From: an uncultured Eubacteriales bacterium
Lineage (GTDB): Bacteria > Bacillota > Clostridia > Oscillospirales > CAG-272
DNA length: 64,000 nucleotides
Reading direction: 5' to 3'
NCBI GenBank assembly: GCA_934526185.1
Contig: CAKTAA010000002.1
Coordinates: 24,345-88,344 of the forward strand
The translations under genes were made by a program, and so were the position numbers. The notes beneath the pieces are model-generated. The model saw nothing but the letters and a program-made list of their open reading frames with translations. It ran no database searches and was not told the DNA's origin. This document shows, piece after piece, positions 6,985 to 14,828 of this stretch (the first letter of the stretch is position 1; each line of letters begins with the position of its first letter).

Positions 6985-8080
6985 ATATGGACAACCAAAT
7001 ACATAATATAAGTGGGGTATTGCGGGTGACTCTCTGTGTGGCAATTCATGCGTGGCAAATACCGTGATGTTATTCTGCCCATGTCAGTTAATCGCCGCTT
7101 GGACACTATGCTTGAGGGCATCAAGGCTGCGGTTTTCGAAATGAAGAAAAAGTTGGATGAAGTGGGAATCGACAATCAGTGGCCTGCACTCTGCAATGCA
7201 GCAGGACAGGCTTTCTGCAATGATCTACGTTTTTGCTCAGGGATCTTACCAGCAGCACAAAGATATAGACACCCAAGGATGACTTTGAATCTTATTTGGG
7301 CGTTTTTTCCAATGTGCAGAAAATCCTAGAAAAATTCAAATTCCGCAACCAGATTCATTCGATGAACGATGCGGTTATTCTGAGCAGTGTTATTGAGAAA
7401 TTTATCTCCTTAGCCATCAATCTCAGCCCTAATCTGGTTATAAGGACGAAGAGAGAACGATTCTGAGGCATCAGTGTCTGGAAAATCATGGAGCGGGTAT
7501 GATCCTTGAGAGCTCATCCGTAAGTTCAACGAAGAGGCCGGTGTGCACAGGACGCCCCATGATGTTGCGGAACTGGTGGCAGACCTCATCTTTATGCCGG
7601 TCGCCGACCAAATCAAGGATGCAAACCTCTTCCTACTATGACGGAACATGCGGAACCGGCGGTATGCTTACCGTGGTGTAGAACGCTTGCTGACTCTGGG
7701 CGGGGCAAAAAAGTTTCTATCCATCTGTTCGGGCGGGAAATCAACCCAGAGACTTATGTCATCTGTAAGGCAAATATGCTTTTAAAGGGTGAAAGCGAAC
7801 AGGCTGAATACATCATTTATGGTTCTGCGCTTTCTATGGACGGTAATGCCTCCTGGCAGTTTGATTTTATGCTTTCCAATCCTCCTTACGGCAAGAGCTG
7901 GGCAAACCGCCGCTGAAAAGATGTGCGGTAAAAAAGTGATTTTGGACAGCCGTTTTAATGCCTATCTTGAGGGCGGATACCCGCTTACCATGTTTCCGAA
8001 GGGCAGTGATTGGCGTTGCTGTTCCTGCTGAACAATGTTGCCAAAATGAAAAAAGACTCGCTGCCGGCAGCCGCATACGT
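6985..8080 (+). pseudogene. Decayed N6-adenine DNA methyltransferase (type I HsdM-like), multiply frameshifted and 3'-truncated
   Basis: RBS GGAGGA plus ATG 6985. Homology is scattered over three frames: LRGKYRDVILPMSVNRRLDTMLE (7036 frame), KILEKFKFRNQI.., HFTPRDV-like/ADLIFMPVADQIKD, YDGTCGTGGMLTV (SAM-binding motif I, 7499/7638 frames), VSIHLFGREINPETYVICKANMLLKGE, FDFMLSNPPYGKSW (motif IV NPPY), then DGQLLFLLNNVAKMK-like remnants to about 8075. No hsdS or hsdR follows. Confidence 0.8.
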
Positions 8081-8313
8081 CCATGTGGGAAGGTATAGAT
8101 GAAAAGAAAAGCTCTCCCGTGGGATTTCCTGCGAAATTCAGAACAGCGGCTTTTTTACCGGGCAGTACGACAATATCCCGTAACCTTGCCTCTCACTCCG
8201 AAGATCGTCATGCTTCTGTCTGCGTTTTGACGGACTTGCTCCGGTTTTACCGCCGCCAGTTCATGGCGGCGCAGGCATGCGGCACGGGCAAAGGTGAGTA
8301 TATCCGCGTTGCT

Positions 8314-8491
8314 TTATCTTGAAAAGCCATAGTCGCGGGTAACTTCATTTCGGCTTCGCTGAATATCTTTCCGCCGCTGTTCGGAAAGCAGAATCGCCAA
8401 ATCGCCTGCCTTGCAGCCGTAAAGATTACACAATGCGGAATTGGTTTTGCGGGACTTCCTGCACTTGCCGCACCAGAGATTTGTGTTTCAT
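8314..8491 (-). pseudogene. Frameshifted fragment of a small HTH (XRE-like) gene
   Basis: The minus strand gives MKHKSLVRQVQEVPQNQFRIV* in one frame. It continues in another frame as ..KTNSALCNLYGCKAGDLAILLSEQRRKDIQ..*, which resembles the C-terminal half of Cro/C1 HTH proteins (..LC.aL.C...DL). Weak call. Confidence 0.3.
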
Positions 8492-9101
8492 TTTGCACCA
8501 CTCAGAAAAAGAGCGCACCTTGTTTGGGTAGGTAAGTTGACGAGATTTTTAGACAGCTTTCCGGTGCTGTTTTCCCGATTTCAAGGCCTTTTAAAAATTT
8601 CACTCCACTGCCGTTGGCAGTTCCGCTTCTCCAGAAATTTAAAAAATCGCCGGACAATCGTTCTGTTCGTGTTCGCTCCACAGTACGCCGCTCCCGCGCA
8701 TTACCCATGTCGCTCGTCTCTCCCACACCCGGTGGAAAAGACGCACAGTCTTTTCGGGCTTGCTGTGCTGACTTCGAACCTTTTAGCCGCCGTTATCGTC
8801 AAGGCAGGCTGCTACTTTCCACTCCTTTCATCATTCAAACCTCTATCTTTAATATGACGGATGGTGAACTTTCTTAAAAACGCAAAAAAGCGGTGTCCTC
8901 TTATAAGGGGACGCCGCCCGCAGCACCTGTCCTACGAAAGGTTCGAAATTTCGTCAGGCGGCAAGGCTGGGAATCTTCCGAATGGTCCGGCTTGCTTCCA
9001 TTTTTTTCATCGCACTTCCATCTTTGTCTTTTTCAGCTTCATTCTCCGTTGAAGCTTTTCCCGCCTCACTTTTAATATGACAGATATTGAATAAAATGAA
9101 C

Positions 9102-9128
9102 GCGCAGACGGAAATTTTCCGTCTGCGC
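9102..9128 (+). terminator. Palindromic hairpin with T-run (intrinsic-terminator-like) and no intact upstream gene
   Basis: GCGCAGACGGA-aattt-TCCGTCTGCGC followed by ATTTTTCTTTTC. Its core is nearly identical to the hairpin at 10031-10064. Confidence 0.45.
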
Positions 9129-9828
9129 ATTTTTCTTTTCTTATGCCCGCTTCCCCTTCTGCTCTTAACGTCCTTATTAAGCAGAGGGACGTTGTTGGTT
9201 TGTTTTTTATATTGCAAAATAAATTTATTTTTTTCTATTTTTACAAATGTACGGTAGTTTTTAACTGCGATTTTCTATACATTTTTCAAATTGCATGAAA
9301 CAATAATTATATAAATAATATAAATATATTTTCAATACAAACTTTTATCTAAAAATGAGAGATGGTGAACAAAACAGCTCCTTGTATATTTCGAGCTGAT
9401 TCCCCTTCATTGTTACACTTCACAATATTTTTTCAGCATGGAATAAATTACTTCGAAACATTTACTTAATACTGTTCAGCACTGTTCGCTGCTGGTTTCG
9501 TGTTTTTATCAAATTCGCCTTGATCATCAAAGAAAGATGATAATACGCATTCATACCCGTGAAACCAAGCTCCTACTCGATGGCATTTATGGTTGCCTCC
9601 TTTTTTGTCTGGATAAGATCAAGAATTTCAAAACGTTTTTTTCGAGAGGGTATCGCGAAGGCCTCAAGCGCGGCATTCTGTTCTATTGTATCAATGAACT
9701 AATAAATTCATGGAAAAGTCGAGCGTTTTTTTAAAAAGTTAACAGTTTTGCACTAAAAATTTTCGAAACGGGGTTTTATCGCCTGTTTTGAGAGGTAAAA
9801 CGTATTGCGCGAGGCGGAATATAGTGGA

Positions 9829-9971
9829 AAAAATGGGAAAATTAAGAGAAAAAGGGAATGTTTAAAATAAAATCGGGAGAACCTGGCGTTCCGCCAAGGG
9901 GATGGGATAGAAATTTTGGCAGGGATTGGACGAGAGACTGGGGATTGGCGAAATGCCAAGAGGGGATTTCA
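9829..9971 (+). repeat. Degenerate iteron-like array: GGGA(T) motifs with ~19-24 bp spacing
   Basis: GGGA cores start at 9835, 9854, 9875, 9898/9904, 9922, 9941 and 9963. Sub-families are GCCAAG(A)GGGGAT (9894-9903; 9955-9967) and GGGATTGG (9922-9929; 9941-9948). The strand is strongly purine-rich. Confidence 0.5.
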
Positions 9972-10020
9972 AGCATATATAAATAGGAAGCTTGTGGAAG
10001 CCAGCCAGTTCTGGGCTTAC

Positions 10021-10064
10021 ATACAAAACACCCCACCGCAGACGAATTTTCGTCTGCGGTGGGG
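10021..10064 (-). terminator. Probable intrinsic terminator of the sigma-factor gene
   Basis: 15-bp perfect stem CCCCACCGCAGACGA / TCGTCTGCGGTGGGG with a 4-nt loop. On the minus strand it is followed by TGTTTTGTAT. It lies ~180 nt downstream of the stop at 10247. Confidence 0.6.
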
Positions 10065-10246
10065 TACCGTTAAAGCTTGCATCCATCAAATTCGTTTAAC
10101 AAACGAATAGGCCGAACATCTTACCAATGGTAAAGAGGTTCAACCTATTCAAAATAGGTGCACTTGAGCATTCTGTAATCGAACCGTGCACTTCTTTTAG
10201 AGTGACGGTTGTACGCACTTCGTTGTAATTAAAGGCTCGAACCAGC

Positions 10247-11857
10247 CTATTCTAAGTAAATGTGTGCACCAATTGCGGGACTTACTTTAGTTGCAGGAAG
10301 CAAGTAACCGGAATTTAGCGCCTCTGACATAACATATCCGCGACGGAAATAACAAGTTGAAACTGCCAACCTGCATTGATAGATGTCATCTAAAAAGACT
10401 TTAGGAAGATCAGCACAAACCATCCCATAGATCTCATCATACAAGCCTTTCATCATATCTTTTGCACTTTCCGCTAATACCGAGAGCTCAGATACCACGC
10501 TTGTGTCCATATTATTAACCGTATTCCTAATCTCATCCATATTCAGCGTTACAATAGTTGGAATATATGAGTTTTCTGTTTTTTTCAAGTATCCATAATC
10601 TAATAGATTTTTAATAAGCTCACGTTTTCCTTCTACTTTTTTGCCCAACACAATATCGCACAGAACCTGCGATTCTTCATCGGTAAGATAATCCGGTGTG
10701 TTGGCGGAAATACCGTCGAACTCATATCTAAAATGCTGAAATCCGTGATTACTTCCGTGATTTCCAACAAAATTAGGTTCTGTTACATGACAGTCCTGAT
10801 ATCCAATGATGTCCCATCGTCCGTTGTCAGGACGCTTGGTAAAATCACGATTTCTTGGTGCTTTGTATATAAAGTAGTCAAATGCCAGCATGAGAAGCGA
10901 CCATTTCGCACTTTCATAATCCTGATGTGCCCCGTAAAAATTCTTTCCTTGCATTACAAATGCGTCATTCAGGCTATCCACAAAAGTCGTCAACGCTTTT
11001 GTTATCGAAGGCGCAGCAGTTAACCAAGCAATATGAGTTTGTTCTTGTGCAGCGCAGCTTATGATTGGAAAGGACGTTTGATATTTATTCTCGGTTTTTA
11101 TCAAAAATGTTTCACGGGTGAGCCACTCAAGTTCATCTTCCATGTAAGGGAGAGCAATACCTAACTCCAAGGAAAGTTCTTCGGCTTTCGATGGATTTCC
11201 ATATGATTCCAACAGTACGTTTTTGTACAGTTTGTGTTCCATTACGTTGTAGGGCTGATTTTTGTCACCGGGACGAGAGCAATTACTACAAAAAGTTACT
11301 TCATCCGGTTTATAGCTTCTTACTCCAAATTCTCTTGACATATCCATACCTTCTTTCAATATAATTCGTGCGCGGTGAAGTCTTTGTTGAACCGCGCTTA
11401 CCGAAAGTGAGAGCGGCGATGAAATATCGCGAACGCTTTTGTTCTCTAAATAATAGGCGACGACAATGTTGCGATAATCGCTTTTGATGAACGCCAGCTC
11501 CCGCCGAAGCAGAGCCATCTGCTCTGTTTGTATCATTTCATCAAGGGTATTTTCGCTTTCGTCTTTAATCTCAAAATCACTGATATCGGAACCGGTTACC
11601 GATTTGTTTCGATTGTGCCTTTCTTTTGCCCATACCGAATAACGGTTGCGCGCGATCTGCCATATCCATGCTGAAAAGTTTGTAGGAACCGTGCCTTTAT
11701 TTAAAGCTATGATAATCTGGACCGCAATATCCTGCGTCAAATCTTCCGCTTCAATATTACTCCCCGTTTTTTTCAGACAGAAGTAAAACAGCTTTTCCAT
11801 ATAGTTATCGGTAAAATCATTGATATGCCGATCACGCATTCCATTCGCTTCTTTCAT
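10247..11857 (-). CDS. Sigma-70 family (ECF-like) RNA polymerase sigma factor with a ~350-aa C-terminal extension
   Basis: 536 aa. Region 2 (AEDLTQDIAVQIIIAL ... WIWQIARNRY) and region 4 HTH (YYLENKSVRDISSPLSLSVSAVQQRLHRARIILKE) lie within the first ~180 aa. The remaining ~350 aa are an unassigned domain. RBS AGGGGGG. Confidence 0.8.
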   Translation of the reverse strand: MKEANGMRDRHINDFTDNYMEKLFYFCLKKTGSNIEAEDLTQDIAVQIIIALNKGTVPTNFSAWIWQIARNRYSVWAKERHNRNKSVTGSDISDFEIKDESENTLDEMIQTEQMALLRRELAFIKSDYRNIVVAYYLENKSVRDISSPLSLSVSAVQQRLHRARIILKEGMDMSREFGVRSYKPDEVTFCSNCSRPGDKNQPYNVMEHKLYKNVLLESYGNPSKAEELSLELGIALPYMEDELEWLTRETFLIKTENKYQTSFPIISCAAQEQTHIAWLTAAPSITKALTTFVDSLNDAFVMQGKNFYGAHQDYESAKWSLLMLAFDYFIYKAPRNRDFTKRPDNGRWDIIGYQDCHVTEPNFVGNHGSNHGFQHFRYEFDGISANTPDYLTDEESQVLCDIVLGKKVEGKRELIKNLLDYGYLKKTENSYIPTIVTLNMDEIRNTVNNMDTSVVSELSVLAESAKDMMKGLYDEIYGMVCADLPKVFLDDIYQCRLAVSTCYFRRGYVMSEALNSGYLLPATKVSPAIGAHIYLE

Positions 11858-12086
11858 TTTTTCGCCCCCCTTTCATCCATATAGTGTGGTATTTTTCGAT
11901 TTGCTGACAAGATTTTAAATAATTATATCACAAGTTTTCGAAGATTTCATCCCGCATTTGCCGCCGATTTTTATCCTATATATGGATCGTAACAAAAAAA
12001 GAATTATAGAATAACAGACAAAGGAAGCACAGGATCAAGCCGTACTTTCTTCATTTTCTTTAACTGCGCAGTCTCATTGAGAAAAA

Positions 12087-12127
12087 CAACAGCCCCGAAC
12101 GTTTCACCGATTGGTTCGGGGCTGTTG
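12087..12127 (-). terminator. Orphan terminator-like hairpin
   Basis: 14-bp stem CAACAGCCCCGAAC / GTTCGGGGCTGTTG with a 13-nt loop. The minus-strand tail is GTTTTTCTC. No credible gene ends here. Confidence 0.4.
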
Positions 12128-12327
12128 CTTTCTTGAAAAATGATACATAAGCCTTTGTTTGTGGCAGTATAGGGTGATCCGCTCTGTACCGCCACTTCTT
12201 CATACCCCAATTATTCCCGCAGACTTATTTAACAATGTTCAAGAGCAGTTACAGAAAAACAAAAGAGCTGTCGCATAATTCAAAGGACGACTGTACAAAA
12301 GCCTTGGGTTTATTTTGTTTTAGGTAC

Positions 12328-12357
12328 TTGACAAGTCGTTTGATTTAATGTTATATT
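12328..12357 (+). promoter_or_regulatory. Promoter of the SGNH hydrolase gene
   Basis: TTGACA (12328-12333), 18-nt spacer, TGtTATATT extended -10 (12349-12357). Confidence 0.5.
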
Positions 12358-12388
12358 TAATCTAAATGTATTGTATGGAGGAATATTT

Positions 12389-13030
12389 ATGGCGAAACGC
12401 ATTTTATTCCAAGGCGATTCTATCACGGATTGTGGTCGCACCGCCCCGAACGGCGGTTTCGGTATAGGTTATCCCTGTTTTGTGAAGGCACAGCTTGAAT
12501 ATGAGTACCCGGGTGAATACGAGTTCATCAACGCTGGTATTAGTGGCAATCGCGTGGTGGATCTGTATGCGCGTATCAAAGCAGATTTCATCAATATCGC
12601 ACCCGATTACGCCAGCATCTATATTGGCGTGAACGATACTTGGCATGAGATCGAGCATCGAAACGGTGTGGATACCGAGAAGTTTGAGAAGATATACACT
12701 ATGCTGCTTGACGAGGTGAAGGCTGCCTGCCCGGATATTAAGCTTATGATCATGACACCGTTTGTGTTGGAAGGCCCCGCTACCTGCAATACCGAAGAGA
12801 TCCCCAATAAGTTTAAACTTTTTAAAACTGACGTGGCAGAAAAAGCTGGCGTGGCTAAAAAAATGGCAAAAAAATACGGACTGCCCTGCATTGAACTGCA
12901 GCCGATCTTCGACGAGGCGTGCACCAGGGCACCTGTTGCGCATTGGACGGGCGATGGCGTGCATCCTACTTCCGCTGGCCACGAGATGATCAAACGCCAC
13001 TGGATTGCAGTGTTTGAACAGATGATTTGA
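12389..13030 (+). CDS. SGNH/GDSL-family hydrolase (lipase/acylhydrolase)
   Basis: MAKRILFQGDSITDCGR (block I GDS), GISGN (block II), GVND (block III), DGVHPT (block V Asp/His). RBS GGAGGA lies 6 nt before ATG 12389; the track start at 12371 is less likely. Confidence 0.85.
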   Translation: MAKRILFQGDSITDCGRTAPNGGFGIGYPCFVKAQLEYEYPGEYEFINAGISGNRVVDLYARIKADFINIAPDYASIYIGVNDTWHEIEHRNGVDTEKFEKIYTMLLDEVKAACPDIKLMIMTPFVLEGPATCNTEEIPNKFKLFKTDVAEKAGVAKKMAKKYGLPCIELQPIFDEACTRAPVAHWTGDGVHPTSAGHEMIKRHWIAVFEQMI

Positions 13031-13033
13031 ACG

Positions 13034-13065
13034 AAAAAAAACGACCGCTTATGTGGTCGTTTTTT
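13034..13065. terminator. Bidirectional terminator hairpin between the SGNH gene and tRNA-Leu
   Basis: AAAAAAA-ACGACC-gcttatgt-GGTCGT-TTTTT: A-run and T-run flank a 6-bp GC stem. Confidence 0.55.
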
Positions 13066-13151
13066 GGTGCGGGTAAGAGGACTTGAACCTCCACGAAGTT
13101 GCCCCCACTAGAACCTGAATCTAGCGCGTCTGCCAATTCCGCCATACCCGC
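13065..13151 (-). tRNA. tRNA-Leu (anticodon CAG)
   Basis: The reverse complement folds as a class II tRNA. Acceptor stem GCGGGTA/TACCCGC with encoded ACCA; D-arm GGCGGAATTGGCAGACGC; anticodon arm CTAGA-TTCAGGT-TCTAG (CAG); long variable arm; GGTTCAAGTCC T-loop. 87 nt. Confidence 0.9.
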
Positions 13152-13252
13152 CTATTTGATTTTCCCCTCGGCACTTCAGCATTTTCAAGAAACCGGAACG
13201 TCCATTCTTTCCTTCAGAACCCGTGAGGATAGTTCATGCAGACAATGTCTGC

Positions 13253-13337
13253 TGGTGCGAGAAACGGGACTTGAACCCGTATGGTATTCACCACACGCCC
13301 CTCAAACGTGCGCGTCTGCCAGTTCCGCCACTCTCGC
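13253..13337 (-). tRNA. tRNA-Leu (anticodon GAG)
   Basis: Acceptor stem GCGAGAG/TTCTCGC plus ACCA; anticodon arm CACGT-TTGAGGG-GCGTG (GAG); long variable arm; GGTTCAAGTCC T-loop. 85 nt. Confidence 0.85.
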
Positions 13338-13360
13338 ATACATGAAATATCAGCTTATAT

Positions 13361-13388
13361 ATTATATCATATTTTTTGAAATTGTCAA
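13361..13388 (-). promoter_or_regulatory. Promoter for the tRNA-Leu pair
   Basis: The minus strand reads TTGACA - 16 nt - TATAAT (revcomp of 13383-13388 and 13361-13366), ~25 nt upstream of the tRNA 5' end. Confidence 0.6.
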
Positions 13389-13569
13389 CACGTTTTTTGA
13401 AAAAAGTGGATTTTGTGCAAAAATCCAAAAACAGGCCGTGAATTTCGCCGCAATTTACCATATTTACCGGTTTAGGCTATTGCTTATCCGATTCATGACA
13501 GCATATAAAATCGGGACAGCACTGATATCTTATGATATAATTAGTAACAATAGAAGGGAGGTGGGAGAC

Positions 13570-14472
13570 ATGGATTGGATATCCGGAATGCAAAAGGCAA
13601 TTGATTATATTGAAAATAACATAACGAATGAGCTCCATTATGATGAGATTGCAAAAATCGGCTGTTCGTCAAGCTATCATTTTCAGCGTGTATTCAGCCT
13701 GCTCTGTAACTGTACACTGGGTGAGTATATCCGCAATAGAAGAATGACTCTGGCCGGGGCAGAGCTTGCCGCAGGCAAGATAAAGGTCCTCGAAGCGGCT
13801 TTCAAGTATGGCTACGACAGTCCTGACAGCTTTTCAAGAGCTTTTGTAAAATTTCATGGTATAACGCCGTCGTCGGCACGCGATCCGGGAGCAAATCTGC
13901 GCACTTTTTCAAGAGTTTCTATGAAAATAATGATGGAGGGTGGAAGTATGATGGATTACAAAATTGAAGAAAAACCGGAAATGATTTTAACGGGATACAA
14001 ACGGCGTTTTACCGGAACACCGGCGGAGCGCTTTGAACAGGAGTGTGAATTTTACGTAACAACGCGCATAAATCAGTATATTCTGAAAGGTCTTGCGCAT
14101 GATTGCGACACGGGTTACAGTATCATGACGAATTTTGACGATGAGGGGTACGATTTCTATATTTCATCTCTGCTGAACGAATGGACACGCAACAATCTCG
14201 AAAAAGAGCTGGGCAGTGCGAAAGAGGCCGGACGGTTTAAAAATATTACAGTGCCGGCGCAGCTTTATGTGATCTGCGAAACAGAGAGGACAAAATACCC
14301 AACGATGCTGTTTATGGAACTAAGAAAGAGAATGGTGACGGAATGGCTTCCCTCGTCGGATTATATGCTGGCGGAAGCGCCGGAGATTTCGGTCTTGCAT
14401 TGGTTTTCTCCGAAAAATAGCGGCAATCGCTATATAGAGCTTTGGATTCCTGTGGTAAAAAGGGATGTCTGA
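13570..14472 (+). CDS. AraC-family transcriptional regulator with GyrI-like effector-binding domain
   Basis: Begins MDWISGMQKAIDYIENNITNELHYDEIAKIGCSSSYHFQRVFS...YGYDSPDSFSRAFVKFHGITPS (two AraC HTH units), followed by a GyrI-like domain (MDYKIEEKPEMILTGYKRRF...). The track ORF start (13099) runs through two tRNA genes, so I trimmed to ATG 13570 (RBS GGAGGTGGGAG). Confidence 0.85.
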   Translation: MDWISGMQKAIDYIENNITNELHYDEIAKIGCSSSYHFQRVFSLLCNCTLGEYIRNRRMTLAGAELAAGKIKVLEAAFKYGYDSPDSFSRAFVKFHGITPSSARDPGANLRTFSRVSMKIMMEGGSMMDYKIEEKPEMILTGYKRRFTGTPAERFEQECEFYVTTRINQYILKGLAHDCDTGYSIMTNFDDEGYDFYISSLLNEWTRNNLEKELGSAKEAGRFKNITVPAQLYVICETERTKYPTMLFMELRKRMVTEWLPSSDYMLAEAPEISVLHWFSPKNSGNRYIELWIPVVKRDV

Positions 14473-14643
14473 TGTGAACGTCCTGTATTTCTGAAACCAA
14501 TTATTACAAAATGAAGAAATTCACGCATTCCGGAAGGAACACGGAATGCTATACTGAGATTTAAAAAGTGCTGCGCTGCCACATGTCTTTGGGCGCGGCC
14601 CTTTTTGTATCCGCAGGCGCGCATGCTTTCTTTCATCAAAGGG

Positions 14644-14673
14644 TTGACGACAATCCCCGTAAAATGGTATACT
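14644..14673 (+). promoter_or_regulatory. Promoter upstream of mtnA with a ~150-nt leader
   Basis: TTGACG (14644-14649), 18-nt spacer, extended -10 TGgTATACT (14665-14673). Confidence 0.55.
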
Positions 14674-14828
14674 GAACGCAAGGTCTGTTATTTCTGTAGC
14701 TGTCGGAGCCGTTGAAAACCCTTTAAGGACAAAACGCGGTTGAATGGACCGGACAAAGAAGATTCGGCGGCTCTTTTCCTCTTTGTACCCGGCGGCAGAC
14801 ATAACAAAATTATGAAGAAAAAAGAAAG

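Noticed and set aside
13099-13569. The N-terminal 157 codons of the 457-aa track ORF (13099..14472).
   Set aside because: This part runs antisense through two well-folded tRNA-Leu genes and their promoter. The AraC homology and a good RBS begin only at 13570, so the ORF was trimmed.
14674-14828. SAM-I (S-box) riboswitch or T-box upstream of mtnA.
   Set aside because: I looked for the conserved SAM-I core and the T-box 14-mer and found neither. Only a generic promoter plus hairpin/T-run is supportable, and it is reported as an open question instead.
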